Position numbers and translations under genes: made by a program. Of a stretch of DNA of 64,000 bases, positions 25,796 to 37,879 are shown piece by piece. The notes under the pieces were generated by a model. The model worked only from the letters and a program-made list of their open reading frames with translations, did not search any database and had not been told where the DNA came from. Source of the DNA: an uncultured Candidatus Peribacteria bacterium (GTDB lineage: Bacteria; Patescibacteriota; Gracilibacteria; BD1-5; UBA2023). How positions within the stretch are numbered: the stretch's first letter is position 1; the number at the start of each line of letters is the position of its first letter. The stretch is from NCBI GenBank assembly GCA_964655935.1, contig CAZZNY010000001.1:214606-278605 (forward strand), in the 5' to 3' direction.

Positions 25796-26641
25796 ATGAA
25801 ACTCATCTCCTTTCTCGAAAATATCTGACTTCTAAAGCGTCACGAAACCAGAAAACTACTTCCCGGCGAACTCTTCTGACTCGCACTCGGAGGCTGAGCC
25901 GCTCGAGGTCTCACTCATATCTGAGTCCTCGAATATCTCGAAGAACACGACTGCTTCCCTTCTGAGATCTCTGGAACCAGTATGTGATCTATCATCGCAG
26001 CACTCTATGCGACCGGGAAAAAACCAGCAGACATCAAAGAACTTATTAAAAATCTCAAATTCTCAAGTCTTATCGATCCAGATCTGAAAACCGGACTCAT
26101 AAAATGAGAAAAAATCAGAAATTATCTCGAAATAATTCTCTGAAACAGCACATTCGAAGATTGTAGTATACCAGTAAAAATCGTCGCGACAGATATCGAC
26201 ACAGGAAAAAAACGAGTATTCGAATCAGGTTCTCTTATAGATGCGGTACGAGCTTCGATCTGAGTTCCAGGAATTTTTAAACCATTCGAAAAATCTGGAT
26301 GACATTATGTAGACGGTGGATTGACAGAAAATGTGCCAATATCAGTCCTTACGAGCAAAAAAGTGATCGGAGTATCAGCGCTTCGTGATATTACCAGACC
26401 ACACAATATCAAAAAATCATTTCTTGGATTTGAATATAATGCACATTTTGCAACCAGTTATATTATCATGCAGAAAAGTATAGATATTCTTCTCTCACAA
26501 AACGAACACCAATCATTTCATACTCCAAATAAAGAAATCATAAAGATTCATCCAAAATTTGGTGAAATCGATTACTATGAATTCGATAAATATGAAGAAA
26601 TAATTCTCGCGGGATATAAGGCAGCGGCTCAAATGTTATAA
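25796..26641 (+). CDS. patatin-like phospholipase (281 aa)
   Basis: LALGGGAARGLTHIGVLEYLEE...ISGTSMGSIIAALYATG...YVDGGLTENVP. The oxyanion GGG, the GxSxG serine and the DGG aspartate are all present. Several of these Gly are TGA (e.g. 25895-25897, 25985-25987). Confidence 0.85.
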
Positions 26642-26654
26642 GATTTTCATCGTG

Positions 26655-26732
26655 CACGTCATCCCGGAATTTTCTGGACATCTTCGAGTTTCGAAGCATC
26701 AGAAAATCTTCCAGAAAATATCCGGGATCCAG
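26655..26732. repeat. long GTCATCCCGG nested palindrome
   Basis: CACGTCATCCCGGAATTTTCTGGA ... CTTCGA-GTT-TCGAAG ... TTCCAGAAAATATCCGGGATCCAG. Confidence 0.7.
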
Positions 26733-26796
26733 CTTAAAAATCTATAGAAAAGGAGGGTGTTTTATTTAGATTCCATTTATCGAGAGAACCTCGTAG

Positions 26797-26850
26797 TGGA
26801 TCCCCGGGTCAAGCCCGAGGATGACGTGCTTGGAGCTCGAGGATGACGTG
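26797..26850 (-). repeat. tandem CGTCATCCTCGGGCT element (reverse orientation)
   Basis: TGGATCCCCGGGTCAAGCCCGAGGATGACGTG-CTTG-GAGCTCGAGGATGACGTG. This is the reverse complement of the 25553-25604 copy. Confidence 0.8.
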
Positions 26851-26901
26851 TCTGAAGAATGATTCACTATCAAAAAAAATTATCATTTCACTTTTTTATC
26901 T

Positions 26902-28161
26902 ATGAACTGGACGCAAGAACTCACAAATACCTCTGTAGAAAATTTTGGAACTTTTTCTTTAGACGAACAGCAAAAAATTATCAATTATCTGAATGAAAAT
27001 ATTTCTCCAGAAGAAGTCAAAAAACAACTCGCTCAAAAACATAATGCTCTGGAAAATATCAAGAAATGAAGAGGAATTCTTGAAGAGAATACTCAACTCT
27101 ATCCGGAATGTATGGACTCCGCAAGTTTTTCGTCCGTTACTCCGTCTTTCGATAGTTATGCGATCGTCCTCACGGCTGGCTGAGAAGGTGAACGACTTAT
27201 ACAGAGTCTAAAAAAAGAATGATATTCAGACGACGAACTTAAAGATTTTACGAAGGCCACTTTTCCGCTTCCTGATTTTCCTGGGAATGTCGGTGCGCTC
27301 CAGATTAATTGCATCGTCATTCGCGAGCTTAGTAAAAAATTTAAAAAAGATATTCCTGTTATTATTACTACTGGACCAAAAAATTCTTCGACCGCGAGAA
27401 TCATCCCTGAAATTCTCAAAAAAAATGATAATTTTTGACTCAGAAATCTCCATATCATAGCGCAAAATGAACGAATTCATTTTAGCACCAACGATATGCT
27501 TGCATTTTCTTTTGATGCAAATAATAATCCCGAACTCGCGACGAATCCGGATGAGACCGGCGGTCCGATTATGAAACTGAAAGAATATGACGAATTTCTT
27601 CAAAAATCGCCTCTTGAATGGTTATGAGAAAGAGGTGTACGAAAACTCATGATTCTCCAAGGAACCGCTGTATACGATCCGAAAATCATTCTCAGTATGG
27701 CAAGCGCCTGACAAGAATTCGATGGAGTCGGTATCGGAGTTGCGAGATCAAGCTTTCCTCATGAAGATCCATATGGAACCTATGTACTAATACAAAACCA
27801 GGATCAAGAGAAAAAACTCATTATCGTAGAAAAAGATATTCGAACCAAACAAACGTATCTCGTACAAAATAAAGAGACAAGATCATATCTTCCTTTCAAT
27901 ACTGGTTTTTATATCTTCGATTGTACCCTTCTTTCTGAAAACAACCTCCCTGATTATGCGACGCCAGCGAAAGAGGTACTTCTATGATTACCACCAGCTC
28001 CGAAAATCTGATATGCCGCAACAGACATTATCGCACTCGCAAAAAAACCAGCGGTTCTTACGATCAATCCGTCTACTTTCTGAGTCATAAAAAACAGTTC
28101 GGATCTCCCCATTCTCTCAAAGCTGGCAAAAGATTTTTGACTTGATGCGTTTGTTTCATAA
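26902..28161 (+). CDS. UDPGP-family nucleotide-sugar pyrophosphorylase-like protein (419 aa)
   Basis: AIVLTAGGEGERL, NPDETGGP, LPFNTGFYIF. All 21 lines were translated in one frame with 9 TGA. TAA at 28159-28161. Confidence 0.55.
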
Positions 28162-28172
28162 TAGTAATTATA

Positions 28173-28212
28173 CACGTCATCCCGGACGTAGCGCTAGCGT
28201 AGATCAGGGATC
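28173..28212. repeat. GTCATCCCGGA element, one arm degenerate
   Basis: CACGTCATCCCGGA-CGTAGCGCTAGCGTAGA-TCAGGGATCC. The core matches the 35040-35082 copy in inverted orientation with 1 mismatch. Confidence 0.7.
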
Positions 28213-28258
28213 CATATAAAATAGTTCTCCTTATATTTGAATAAAGCGAATTGGTCGA

Positions 28259-28312
28259 GGTGGATCCCGGGTCCAGCCCGAGGATGACGTACTGAGAGCC
28301 CGAGGATGACGT
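28259..28312 (-). repeat. tandem CGTCATCCTCGGGCT element (reverse orientation)
   Basis: GGTGGATCCCGGGTCCAGCCCGAGGATGACGTACTGAGAGCCCGAGGATGACGTT. Confidence 0.8.
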
Positions 28313-28451
28313 TCTAGTATTCAGGATAGTACAAATAATTCACAAATGTTTTTGACAAACAAGTTCTTTTGTTTATTATTAATGAGCAAAACAAATCAAA
28401 AACACATACAAAATTCTTTTGAAATCAATACTATTTCATCTTTTTTTGTAT

Positions 28452-28943
28452 ATGAAAAAACTACTCACTCTCCTCATTTTCCTCTGAGGAATTTTCACGA
28501 TCGTAAATGTGAACGCTTACTGTACGCAAGACTGAAACTATTGTGGTGGATCTTCTTGGGCATGCGAACGATACTGTTCTGGAAATCATTACGAAGAACC
28601 TTACTGTCCAACTCACTGTCCAGGTTATAAAGTAGATTATTATAATAATAACTATTACTACACAAACAATCCAAATATCTATTACTACACCACTACTCCA
28701 AATTCGTATTATAATAACTACAACAACAATTATCCGCAATATTCTAATTATAGCAATAATTGATACCACTGCGTAGCATACGATGAAACCGATCAGAATT
28801 ATTATAGTAATCCCGATTACTATAATTATCAAACTTACTGTGATTGTACTGGAAGACCAAACTGTTCGTGCGGGTATTATCAAAATCCAAATCAAAATAA
28901 TTGGACTCCAGCCCGAAGATGCATACAATGGAAACAGTGGTAA
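28452..28943 (+). CDS. small secreted Cys-rich, Asn/Tyr-rich low-complexity protein (163 aa)
   Basis: MKKLLTLLIFLGGIFTIVNVNAYCTQDGNYCGGSSWACERYCSGNHYEEPYCPTHCPGYKVDYYNNNYYYTNNPNIYYYTTTPNSYYNNYNNNYPQYSNYSNNGY... Confidence 0.6.
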
Positions 28944-28972
28944 ATTGGTACTAGCTATTTAAATCAATAAAC

Positions 28973-30097
28973 ATGGACCTAAATCAAGGTGGTGGTGTTG
29001 AAAAAGATAACATACCTGCAACCTGAAACGTATTATCTATTTGAGCATTAAGCAATGGCGTTGCTCAAAAAATTCAACAAACTTCATCACTCGATACTAG
29101 TTGACATAAAAACAACATAGAGTGACTTTTCGCGAATCCATTTCTTTTTTGAGATACTTTAAAAGATATGGACTTTAATGGAATGTTAGAACTATTTATT
29201 GATATTTTAGATTTATTTGAAAATTCAGATTTTCTTTCAAAGATGGAGACGACTACTTTAAGCCCAGTGGTTGCTTTGATTTTCTTTAGAGATAATTGAA
29301 TTAACGCGCTTATAGAAAAGGCGGATTCCTACGATAAAATTCAGGAAGTATACAAACTCATTATGAATCTAGAAAGGTTTTGATTCGAAGCTATTTTTAG
29401 AACCAGTCATTCTTACGATGTTTTTCTTAAAAATGTAACAGATTTATTACTTGATGCGGCTGAACAAGAAAAAAGAGAGATCGACGCTATGAATCTCCTT
29501 ATAGAAAATGCTGAACCAAAAAAGGCACTCTATCTTCTTTCTTTCTATCTTTTAAATAGAACAGAGAAAGATAAAGACTCTACTAGCTGAAATGAAAAAA
29601 AATATAAAATTCCTTCTGATGATTTAGTAACTCTTTCTTGACTGACAGAAAAAGCTTTTCTTATGATTGATGAAAAAAATCTCAATTCTCTTGAAAAAAT
29701 TTGAATCTTTCTTAAACCTATTAAGTTGCTCTACGAACATATTGTTTGATTGCTACCAAGATGATTCGAGGGTAGTGAGATATTATTATCTCATATATGC
29801 AGAAGAGAAGAATTATTGATTGTTTTAGAGCATCAGATATCTCTCTATCTTATGCTTATAAAGTATGAGACTTTTCTCAGGTCTCAACGAGATCTGGAGT
29901 TCATTGTCAATATACCCCTCGATAATTCAACAAAAGTAAGAGATTTTATTATTAATCTTTTACAACAGTATAAAGATAAACTACAAAATTCTGATGTAAT
30001 TAATATGTTGCCTGTCTCATTTAATACAAGAAACTTAGGCAATAATTTCAGTAAAAGAGAGGTTCCCGTTCCACTCTATCACGAATTAAATAAATAA
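28973..30097 (+). CDS. hypothetical protein (374 aa)
   Basis: ATG at 28973. The frame was checked line by line and joins track ORF 29816-30097. 14 in-frame TGA. No recognisable motif. Confidence 0.6.
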
Positions 30098-30111
30098 TGT
30101 CTCGGACAAAT

Positions 30112-30139
30112 AAAAAGAGGTCATGCTTGACCTCTTTTT
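30112..30139. terminator. bidirectional terminator AAAAAGAGGTCA-TGCT-TGACCTCTTTTT
   Basis: 12-bp stem with an A-run and a T-run, between convergent genes. Confidence 0.75.
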
Positions 30140-30144
30140 ATTAA

Positions 30145-30762
30145 TTATTTAGTTATAGTTGATCCAGTAGAAGTAGATCCAGTTCCATTAAATCCTTCTC
30201 CTCTTCCACCCATCATTCCACGTCATTCAAAATTACCACCATCTTGTCATTCAAAACCTCCACGCCCCATCATTCTTCCCTTTCATTTCTCTTTTCCACT
30301 CATTATTCCTTTTGCTCCATCATGTTTTTTATCAAAACCTAATTTTGTTTTTTCTTCAGCAGTAAGATTTTTCATTACTGCTTGTATTTGTGTCATGAGA
30401 GCTTTATGAGCTGTAAGTTCTGCCTCCGAAGGAAGTGGAATTCCTTTTGCTCTCATTGCATCTCGTTTTGCTTTTTCTATCGCTTCACGATCTGTCTCTG
30501 AGAGATTTTTCATAGCTTCTTGTGATTTTTTCATAGTATCCTGAAAAGCTGTTTCTTGTTCTGTCGTAGGAAGTTTGATTCCTTTTGATTCGAGTAATGT
30601 TCGAACTTCAGTATTCTGAAGCATCTGCATTCCTTTTTCTCAACCTCATGAAAATCATTTCATCATATTAGGGAGATTTCCAGTCGCTGCGAGTGAGACG
30701 ATAGGAATAGTGATAGCAAATAAGATTGCTGCCCCGGTGATAAGTCTGTTTTTTGTTTGCAT
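30145..30762 (-). CDS. secreted helical protein with LTxxQ-like repeats (CpxP/Spy flavour) and a Gly/Met-rich tail (205 aa)
   Basis: MQTKNRLITGAAILFAITIPIVSLAATG..., then LPTTEQETAFQD and LTAHKALMTQIQ. The tail reads GRMMGRGGFEGQDGGNFEGRGMMGGRGEGF. Confidence 0.5.
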
Positions 30763-30930
30763 ATATAAAATATTAGTTATAAGTTACAAAGACTAAATGT
30801 CTTTTGCACAGACACTATATGCTTAATAGTTTAACTGAATATTAAATCAGAAAAGAATTTTTCTGTAATTGTTTTTACATCTATAAAAACTCCATATAAT
30901 CTCTGCAATCTCTATTACCAATTCTTTCAT

Positions 30931-31650
30931 TTGACCAATCAGAAACAATCACAAATCATCATCGAAGATCTCACTATCGAAGTCACACAAAAGTCGGTAA
31001 AAAACATGAGACTTCTTGTAAATATTCACGAGAAAAGTATTCGAATTATCGCACCTATTCGGTTAAAACTGGATGGTATTTATGCGTTTGCAGAGCGGAA
31101 AATTCTCTGGATCAAAAAACAGCTTTCGAAAATAGCTCATATCAAACCGAAAATTACATATCAGTACGTTACTGGAGAAATCCATTCTTTTCTCTGAGAA
31201 AAATATATCCTTGAACTCATTGAAACAACGAAAAAACCTCAAGTGATCCTTTGAGAAAAAGCGATCCACATTTACATAGCAGCAAATTCTACACAAGCAC
31301 AAAGAAAAATTCTTCTCGAGTCTTGGCAAAGAAAACAACTCAAAAATCTTATCCCAGAATATATCAAAAAATGGGAATCTATTATGAAAGTCCAAGTAAA
31401 GGATTTTGGTGTCAAAAAAATGAAAACACGATGGTGAACCTGTAATCCACGAGCCCATAGAATCTGGCTCACTCTCGAGCTTATTCATCAGCCGATAGAA
31501 TGCATCGAATATGTGATAGTCCACGAGATGACACACTTACTCGAACGCTGACACGGAAAAAAATTCATCGCATTGATGGATGAATTTTTATCTGATTGGA
31601 GAGAATATAAGAAAGTTTTGAATCAGACGAGATTATGACAAGTTGATTAA
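30931..31650 (+). CDS. YgjP/M48-like metal-dependent hydrolase (DUF45), TTG start
   Basis: ...KTRWGTCNPRAHRIWLTLELIHQPIECIEYVIVHEMTHLLERGHGKKFIALMDEFLSDWREYKKVL. The HExxH motif is present. Confidence 0.75.
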
Positions 31651-32774
31651 GCTACGGCAAGTTCCATTGCTTCCTCAGCTACATTACATAAAATATCATC
31701 CGGAGTTTTTCATTGTAAAAGCAATTTCTCAAATTTTTCTCCTCATCTCTCAACTATTGGTCGAAGTTTTCGATGAAATTCTCTTGGTATTGGACAATAT
31801 CTTGGAGACGCATAACTTAATGCTAAAGTAAGTGATTCATCATAAGAATATCATTTTTGAATCATAAAATACATAAAAAGAAATGATTCAAATTGTAGAT
31901 GATCATAAACAAAACCAATATATTCATCCTGAAAATGTAGAGCATACCTAAGAAGATACTGCACTTGAGATTTCCAATAAACTACAAATCGTTGTTTTAA
32001 TCCACATTTAAAACAAGCTCAAATAAGAGCTAAAATTGGAGAAAGTCATTTTGCTATATATATTTCGCAATAACTAACATATTCTCAAATATTCATCTGT
32101 GATCACTTAAAAGAATTTACAGCATAGGTTAGATATGGCTGTGGCACTCAAAAAGATGTAAGCCTAGATTGTAAATAATTAAGATCATGGATATTTCTAT
32201 CACAAATAACATGATGTTCTTTTGAATCAGGATCGATAATAAATTGAGAGTAGTTACGTAATAATTCTCTATATTCTTCCGTATTAAAGCCTTTTTGTTT
32301 TTTATATTTTATAAGATCCCAAGCATCATCGATCATATCCATTCGCACTGTTTTCGATTCATGTTTTGCGAGTTCTGCCAAAAAATCTTCATCGAACAAA
32401 TATTCATTTCTTCCACGAAATTTCTCGAAAGTGTGTTCAAAATCTACAATAGAAAGTTCATTGAAATATTTCATGAAAGATGGATGTCACTTGAAAATTT
32501 TTAACAAATCTTCCTGAGATCCTGCGGTTCGCCATTTTTTCGCGGCATATGTCACATAGAGAAGATCTCAGAGCTCATCGCGCCTCCCAACATCATCTCA
32601 TTTCACGACTTCGGCCATTACCTCAGCGATCTCATCTTTTACCCATTTTTGGACTAGAGAAAGTGGTCGAAGATCATGTTCGACCTCATATTTTCTATCG
32701 ACAATATCAAAAATAGCTCACAATTTCTGGAGCTTAATGCTATCTTCATTTGATATATTATCTGCTGAGTTCAT
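31647..32774 (-). CDS. hypothetical protein with an N-terminal MazG-like NTP-pyrophosphohydrolase motif (375 aa)
   Basis: ...VQKWVKDEIAEVMAEVVKGDDVGRRDELGDLLYV... Track ORF 32148-32474 extends both ways in frame. TAA at 31647-31649. Confidence 0.5.
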
Positions 32775-32902
32775 GTAAAAAATTATTCAAAAACTGAATA
32801 ATTTATATGGAAATTATTTTAAAAGTCAATAAAATAATAATCTCTTCAATCGCTCGAAGAGATTTTGCATATCTCAGTTTCTTTTTTCTAAATTCTTGTC
32901 CT

Positions 32903-34987
32903 CTAAATTCCTCTCATACTCAACTGCAACTTCCCTTTTTCGCGATCAATTCCTGTCACTTTTACTTTAACTTTTTCTCAGATTTTCACGAAATCCATCG
33001 GATCAGCAACATATGTGTCTGCGATTTGTGAAACATGCACAAGTCAGTCGTTTTTCAGACCAACATCGACAAAAGCTCAGAAAGCGACTACATTTCGTAC
33101 GACTCAGTTTAGAATATCTCATTCTTTTACATCATCAAGCGTAAGTTTTTTTCCAACTTCCATATGACTGCTCGCAGTGCGTGGATCAGCCCCAATGGCA
33201 TTATAAGACTCAGAGATGAATTCGAGCGTAGAAATTTTTACTTCTGGATAGTATTTTTTGAGTTCTGATTCATATCGAGAAAAATCTCGTGAAACTATCT
33301 TATTTTCGATAATGTATTTTGCAAGTTCGTACTGTTCTGGATGAATATTCGTATTATCGAGCGATTCTTTACTCTCGGGGATTCGGAGAAATCCCGCCGC
33401 TTGTTCATAGGCTTTCGCTGAAAGTACTTTTTCGAGTTGTTTTCGCGATTTATATGGTCGATTATTATAGACTTTTTTTGCAGTTCTTTTATCGAAGCCG
33501 GAGATGTGACCAAGTACGTGAATCGAAGCAATATTTACATTTACTCCGACGGTATTTACGACGTCTTCGATCGTAAAACCAAGTTTCTCTTCGAGCTTAC
33601 TTTCCGCGATATCATGCTGATACATTCCGACACCGATACTTCCGACAGGGATTTTTACGAGCTCGGAAAGCGGATCAATATAACGTCTGGCGATCGAGAT
33701 AGTTCCACGATCTGTAACATCGAGATCCGGAAATTCTTCCTGTGCAACTTTCGAAGCACTATAAACAGAAGCGCCCGACTCGTTGACGATATAGATTTTT
33801 GTAGAAAGAACGCTCGTAACGAGTTCTACTGTCTCAGAAGAGGCAGTTCCATTTCCGATTACTACGACTCAGATTTTATGTTTTTCCGCAAGTTCTGCGA
33901 TGATTTTCTTTGCAGCTTCAAGTTCGTGAAGATAGATTTTATTGAATTCCAGAGGATTTCCAAATTCATCCAAGACAACAATTTTACATCCTGTACGATA
34001 TCCAGGATCAATTCACAATACTTTCATACCATATTCAGGTTTTGTCATAAGGAGATTCCAGAGATTTGCCTGAAAAGTTCGAATAGATTCGTCTTCACCT
34101 TTTTCTGTAAGTATTCCGCGGATCTCAGTTTCGACAGACTTAAATAATGCTGTATATCCTTTATCGATCGCTTCTTCGAGTTCTGGTATAAGAGTTGAGC
34201 GAGCACTTCATGAAAGTTCAAGAAATGTATTTTTCAAAATATCATACGCGATATCATCTTTGTCGATTTTCACCGCAAGAATTCCAAGATTTTCTCCACG
34301 ATTTAGGGCAAGTGTCTGATACGGCTTTATTCGAGCAATGGCAATAGAAAAATCTGCATATATATCGAATTTCTTTACTTCGCCTCGAACTTTTTCATTG
34401 AGTTTTTCGAGCATTTTCTCACTTTTGAGTTTTGATACCATCTGACCACTACCGAAGTAATACGCTCTTTGTCCATCTCGAAGAATCGCATGAGCTGTAA
34501 TCTCAGCCGCGATAATCTCGATCGCTCATTCGATAATTTCTTCACGCGGATATTCTGTGAGAAGATTTTCTGGAATCGTATATTCACGATTTTTCTTAAT
34601 TAAATCAGCCACCACTTGAAATCATTTTTCGATTGCGAGCATCGCTTTTGTTTTTTTCTTGAGTCGATATGGTGCATAAATATCTTCAACTTCTTTAAGG
34701 GTTTTTGCTAGCTCAATATTTCTGGCAAGTTCTGGAGTGAGACTTCCCTGCTCTTCGATCCCAGTCAAAGCAGTTACTTTGGCTTTATAGAGAGTCTCCT
34801 CTTTCTTTCGAAGATCGATAATATCGCGAATCTGGTTCTCATCGAGTTCTCCAGTTCGTTCCTTTCGATATCGCGCAATAAAAGGAACAGTAGCACCTTC
34901 CTCGGTAAGTGAAAGAACCGTCTCTATCTGCCAAACTTTAAGAGAAAGTTCTGATTCGATAATTTTGATATAATTTGGTTCGAGCAT
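32903..34987 (-). CDS. tex: Tex-like transcription accessory protein (S1 RNA-binding domain at the C-terminus), 694 aa
   Basis: N-terminal motif TVPFIARYRKERTGELDENQIRDI. C-terminal S1 domain [35 protein letters not shown]. Track ORFs 34622-34987, 34208-34441 and 33119-33625 share the frame. All gaps were checked. Confidence 0.9.
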
Positions 34988-34996
34988 GGTGAAAAA

Positions 34997-35028
34997 GTTA
35001 CAAGGTTACTAAGTTACATAGTTACAAA
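34997..35028. repeat. four tandem 8-mers GTTACWWR, 10 nt upstream of the tex start codon
   Basis: GTTACAAG GTTACTAA GTTACATA GTTACAAA. Confidence 0.7.
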
Positions 35029-35039
35029 GCATAAAAGAA

Positions 35040-35082
35040 ACGTCATCCCGGATCTACGCTAGCACTACGTCCGGGATGACGT
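35040..35082. repeat. perfect 13-bp inverted repeat, GTCATCCCGGA element
   Basis: ACGTCATCCCGGA-N17-TCCGGGATGACGT. Confidence 0.85.
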
Positions 35083-35123
35083 AATTATTTTTTCTCAGTC
35101 TCTATTTTCTATTTTCTAAATCT

Positions 35124-35729
35124 CTACTTCTTCACAACCTTTAATCCATCAAAAATCGCTTCAAGTGCACCATCTTGAAATTTCTTACTTACACAAGAAT
35201 AGAAAATATATTTTGTACCAAAAAAATCAGATTCAATTTTCTTTCTTGTTTCCTCAAGTTCCTTTTGATTCGGTTTATCTGCTTTATTTACGACAAGGAG
35301 AAGATCTACTTTTTTCTCCATAAGATAAGAATGGATTTCTCTATCGATATCAGTCGGTCAAACATATGCATCAATAAGCTGAATGATTCGAGTTCTGTGA
35401 TTAATAGCTGATTCAAGATAATCGACAATCATATCTCGAAGCTCGATCATTTTTTCTTTTCCACCTCGTGCATATCCATATCCAGGAAAATCGAGACATT
35501 CATACATTTCATTTATTTCAAAAAAGTTGATGGTTCTAGTTTTTCCTGCTTGTGCACTTGACCTGGCAAGTTCTTTTTTTCCGAAAAGTGAATTAATAAG
35601 CGAAGATTTCCCTACATTTGAACGTCCAAGAAAAAATAACTGCGGTATCAGATTATTATCTTTCATTGGAAAGATCTCACCTTTAAGCTCTACTACACTT
35701 TTTATAAATCGTGCTGAGTGAATTTTCAT
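35124..35729 (-). CDS. engB: ribosome-biogenesis GTPase EngB/YihA
   Basis: FLGRSNVGKSSLINSL (G1), DFPGYGYA (G3), VVNKADK (G4). The two track ORFs are joined by TGA 35358-35360. Confidence 0.85.
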
Positions 35730-35802
35730 AAAACTACGGTTAAATTAATACGGCGGAAGTATAACTGAGCTTCGAGGATTGCCAAATGAAAATTGAAAAG
35801 TT

Positions 35803-36054
35803 CTATTTTGATAATGAAATAAGCTCAAGTTTTTGTTTTCTTGTCAGCTTTTTTAGTTCGTTTTCTCGTTTTCTTGCTTCGCTCAGAGTCTCGAATGATT
35901 CATTATACAAAAGTTCTACCGGTCGACGAATCTTTGTATAATGAGCGCCTGACTTGAGGTTATTATGCTCATGAAGTCGCTTCGTAAGATCGGGAGTCGA
36001 GCCGATATAGAGCGTATCATCCGAGCACTGGAGAATGTACGTAAAATAAGACAT
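35803..36054 (-). CDS. GIY-YIG nuclease family protein (UPF0213-like, 83 aa)
   Basis: MSYFTYILQCSDDTLYIGSTPDLTKRLHEHNN...RENELKKLTRKQK. Confidence 0.75.
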   Translation of the reverse strand: MSYFTYILQCSDDTLYIGSTPDLTKRLHEHNNLKSGAHYTKIRRPVELLYNESFETLSEARKRENELKKLTRKQKLELISLSK

Positions 36055-36079
36055 GATGATTATTGTAAGAAAAAATAGA

Positions 36080-37879
36080 CTAATCTTCCGCCATAAATCC
36101 TTTTACTTGTTTTTGATAGAGATACGCATAGGTTCAGTTTTTCTTAATAAGTTCCTCGTGCGATCCGTCTTCGACTATTTTTCCTTGTTCCAATACGATG
36201 ATTCTATCCATATTTTTCAGTGTTGAGAGTCGGTGAGCAATGGCAATAACCGTTTTCCCTTCCATAACTTTTTTCAAGGCTTCCTGAATCAATTCTTCGC
36301 TTTCACTGTCGAGCGCGCTCGTCGCTTCGTCAAGCAATAAAATCGGAGCAGCTTTTAAGATGGCTCGCGCGATAGCTACGCGTTGTCGTTGTCATCCGGA
36401 GAGCTTCACTCATCGTTCTCATACTTTTGCTTCGTATCATTCCGGAACTAATGTAATAAAATCATCTGCGTGAGCCAATTTCGATGCTTCGATAACTTCC
36501 TCATGAGTCGCATCTGGAAGTCCATAGGCAATATTCTCGAAGAGCGAGCGATGAAATAACACTGGATCTTGTGGAACTACTGCGATTGCTCTTCGAAGCA
36601 TATCTTGAGATATCTCAGAGATATCATGACCTCAGACGATTATATTTCCGCTCTGAATATCATAAAATCTCTGTAATAAGAGAACGAGCGTGGTTTTTCA
36701 GGATCCGGAGACACCAACGAATCAGACTTTCTGTCCATGCGGAATAGTGAGAGAAAGATTCTCGAATACATTTCCGCGATTATCATACGCAAAAGTAATA
36801 TCTTGAAGCTCGACAGAACCAGAAGTAATCGGCTGCTCCTGCTCTTGTGGTTCATTGACATCGATCTCATATGGAACCAGGATAGTATTAATAGCATCCT
36901 GAATCTCACCTTTTCGTTCATTAAAATCAAGAAGTCGTTGAGCGAAATTACGAACCGTCTGAAGAATTCCAAGCGAGATCATAAAAACAAGCGTCACATT
37001 TCCCATAGAAATCTGACCATGCGTCCAAAAATAAATGGAAAGAGTGCCGATAGCAGCGATAAATAATCCCATTACGATTGCTTGACCGATTCGAATACGT
37101 TCCATATACCCCCAGCTCACGACTACTTTATCTACTTCTTCGTTCAGAACTCAGACGAGATAAGTTTCTTCGTATTTGCTTCTTGCGTGACTTTGGAGAT
37201 TCCAGATGTTCGAGATGACATCCGCGATTTTTCCGGTAGATACTGATCTAGAATCCGAAGAAGCTCCGGAAAGCTTCCTTGCTTTCTTCATGAAAGGAAA
37301 GAAAATGATTCCGTATAAAATAATGATGGACAGTGTGACGGTTCCTATAATAGTATTCGCGAGAAAAAGAAGCGCAAGTGAGATAATAATATCCACCAAC
37401 GAAGGAAGAATATCATACGCGAGCGAAAGAAAAACATCTTCCGTAGCCTTTCCGATCGTAACAATCTTATTCGTCAGGGCTCCTCAAAAATGATTCGAAA
37501 AATATCGGTGTGCGTGGGAATGAAGGTATGTAAAAAAATCCACGCGAACATCTCGCCTAATACATGGGAAATAAGACTTCGCGAAATAACCGCTCACTCG
37601 AAAAAACAGATTACCAGCCAAACTCATAGAAGCCACTATGCAGACAAGTAAATAGAGCGTATTAGTCGAGGCCTGATTTTTTCCGACAAGATTAATGAGA
37701 TCGATGATATTTTTTACAAAATAAGGAATCATCGTCAAAAGAGCGTCACCGATCATTACCGCCAAAAAAATAACGATAATCTGTGTTTTATATTTTTTTA
37801 GATAGATACCCACGACTTGCATCGGACTGATTCCTGCATGTAATCTCGAATTTTTATAAGGAGTTTTCTTATGATTCAT
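36080..37879 (-). CDS. ABC exporter, fused permease/ATPase (MsbA-like), 599 aa
   Basis: Four track ORFs share one frame. The signature [14 protein letters not shown] has its second G as TGA (complement at 36392-36394). Walker B is [15 protein letters not shown] at 36080-36082. Confidence 0.85.

Noticed and set aside
28461-28928. 155-aa minus-strand ORF rich in Ile/Val.
   Set aside because: It is antisense to the Asn/Tyr-rich secreted protein gene, since AAT/TAT tracts read as ATT/ATA. The plus frame has a signal peptide and paired Cys clusters.
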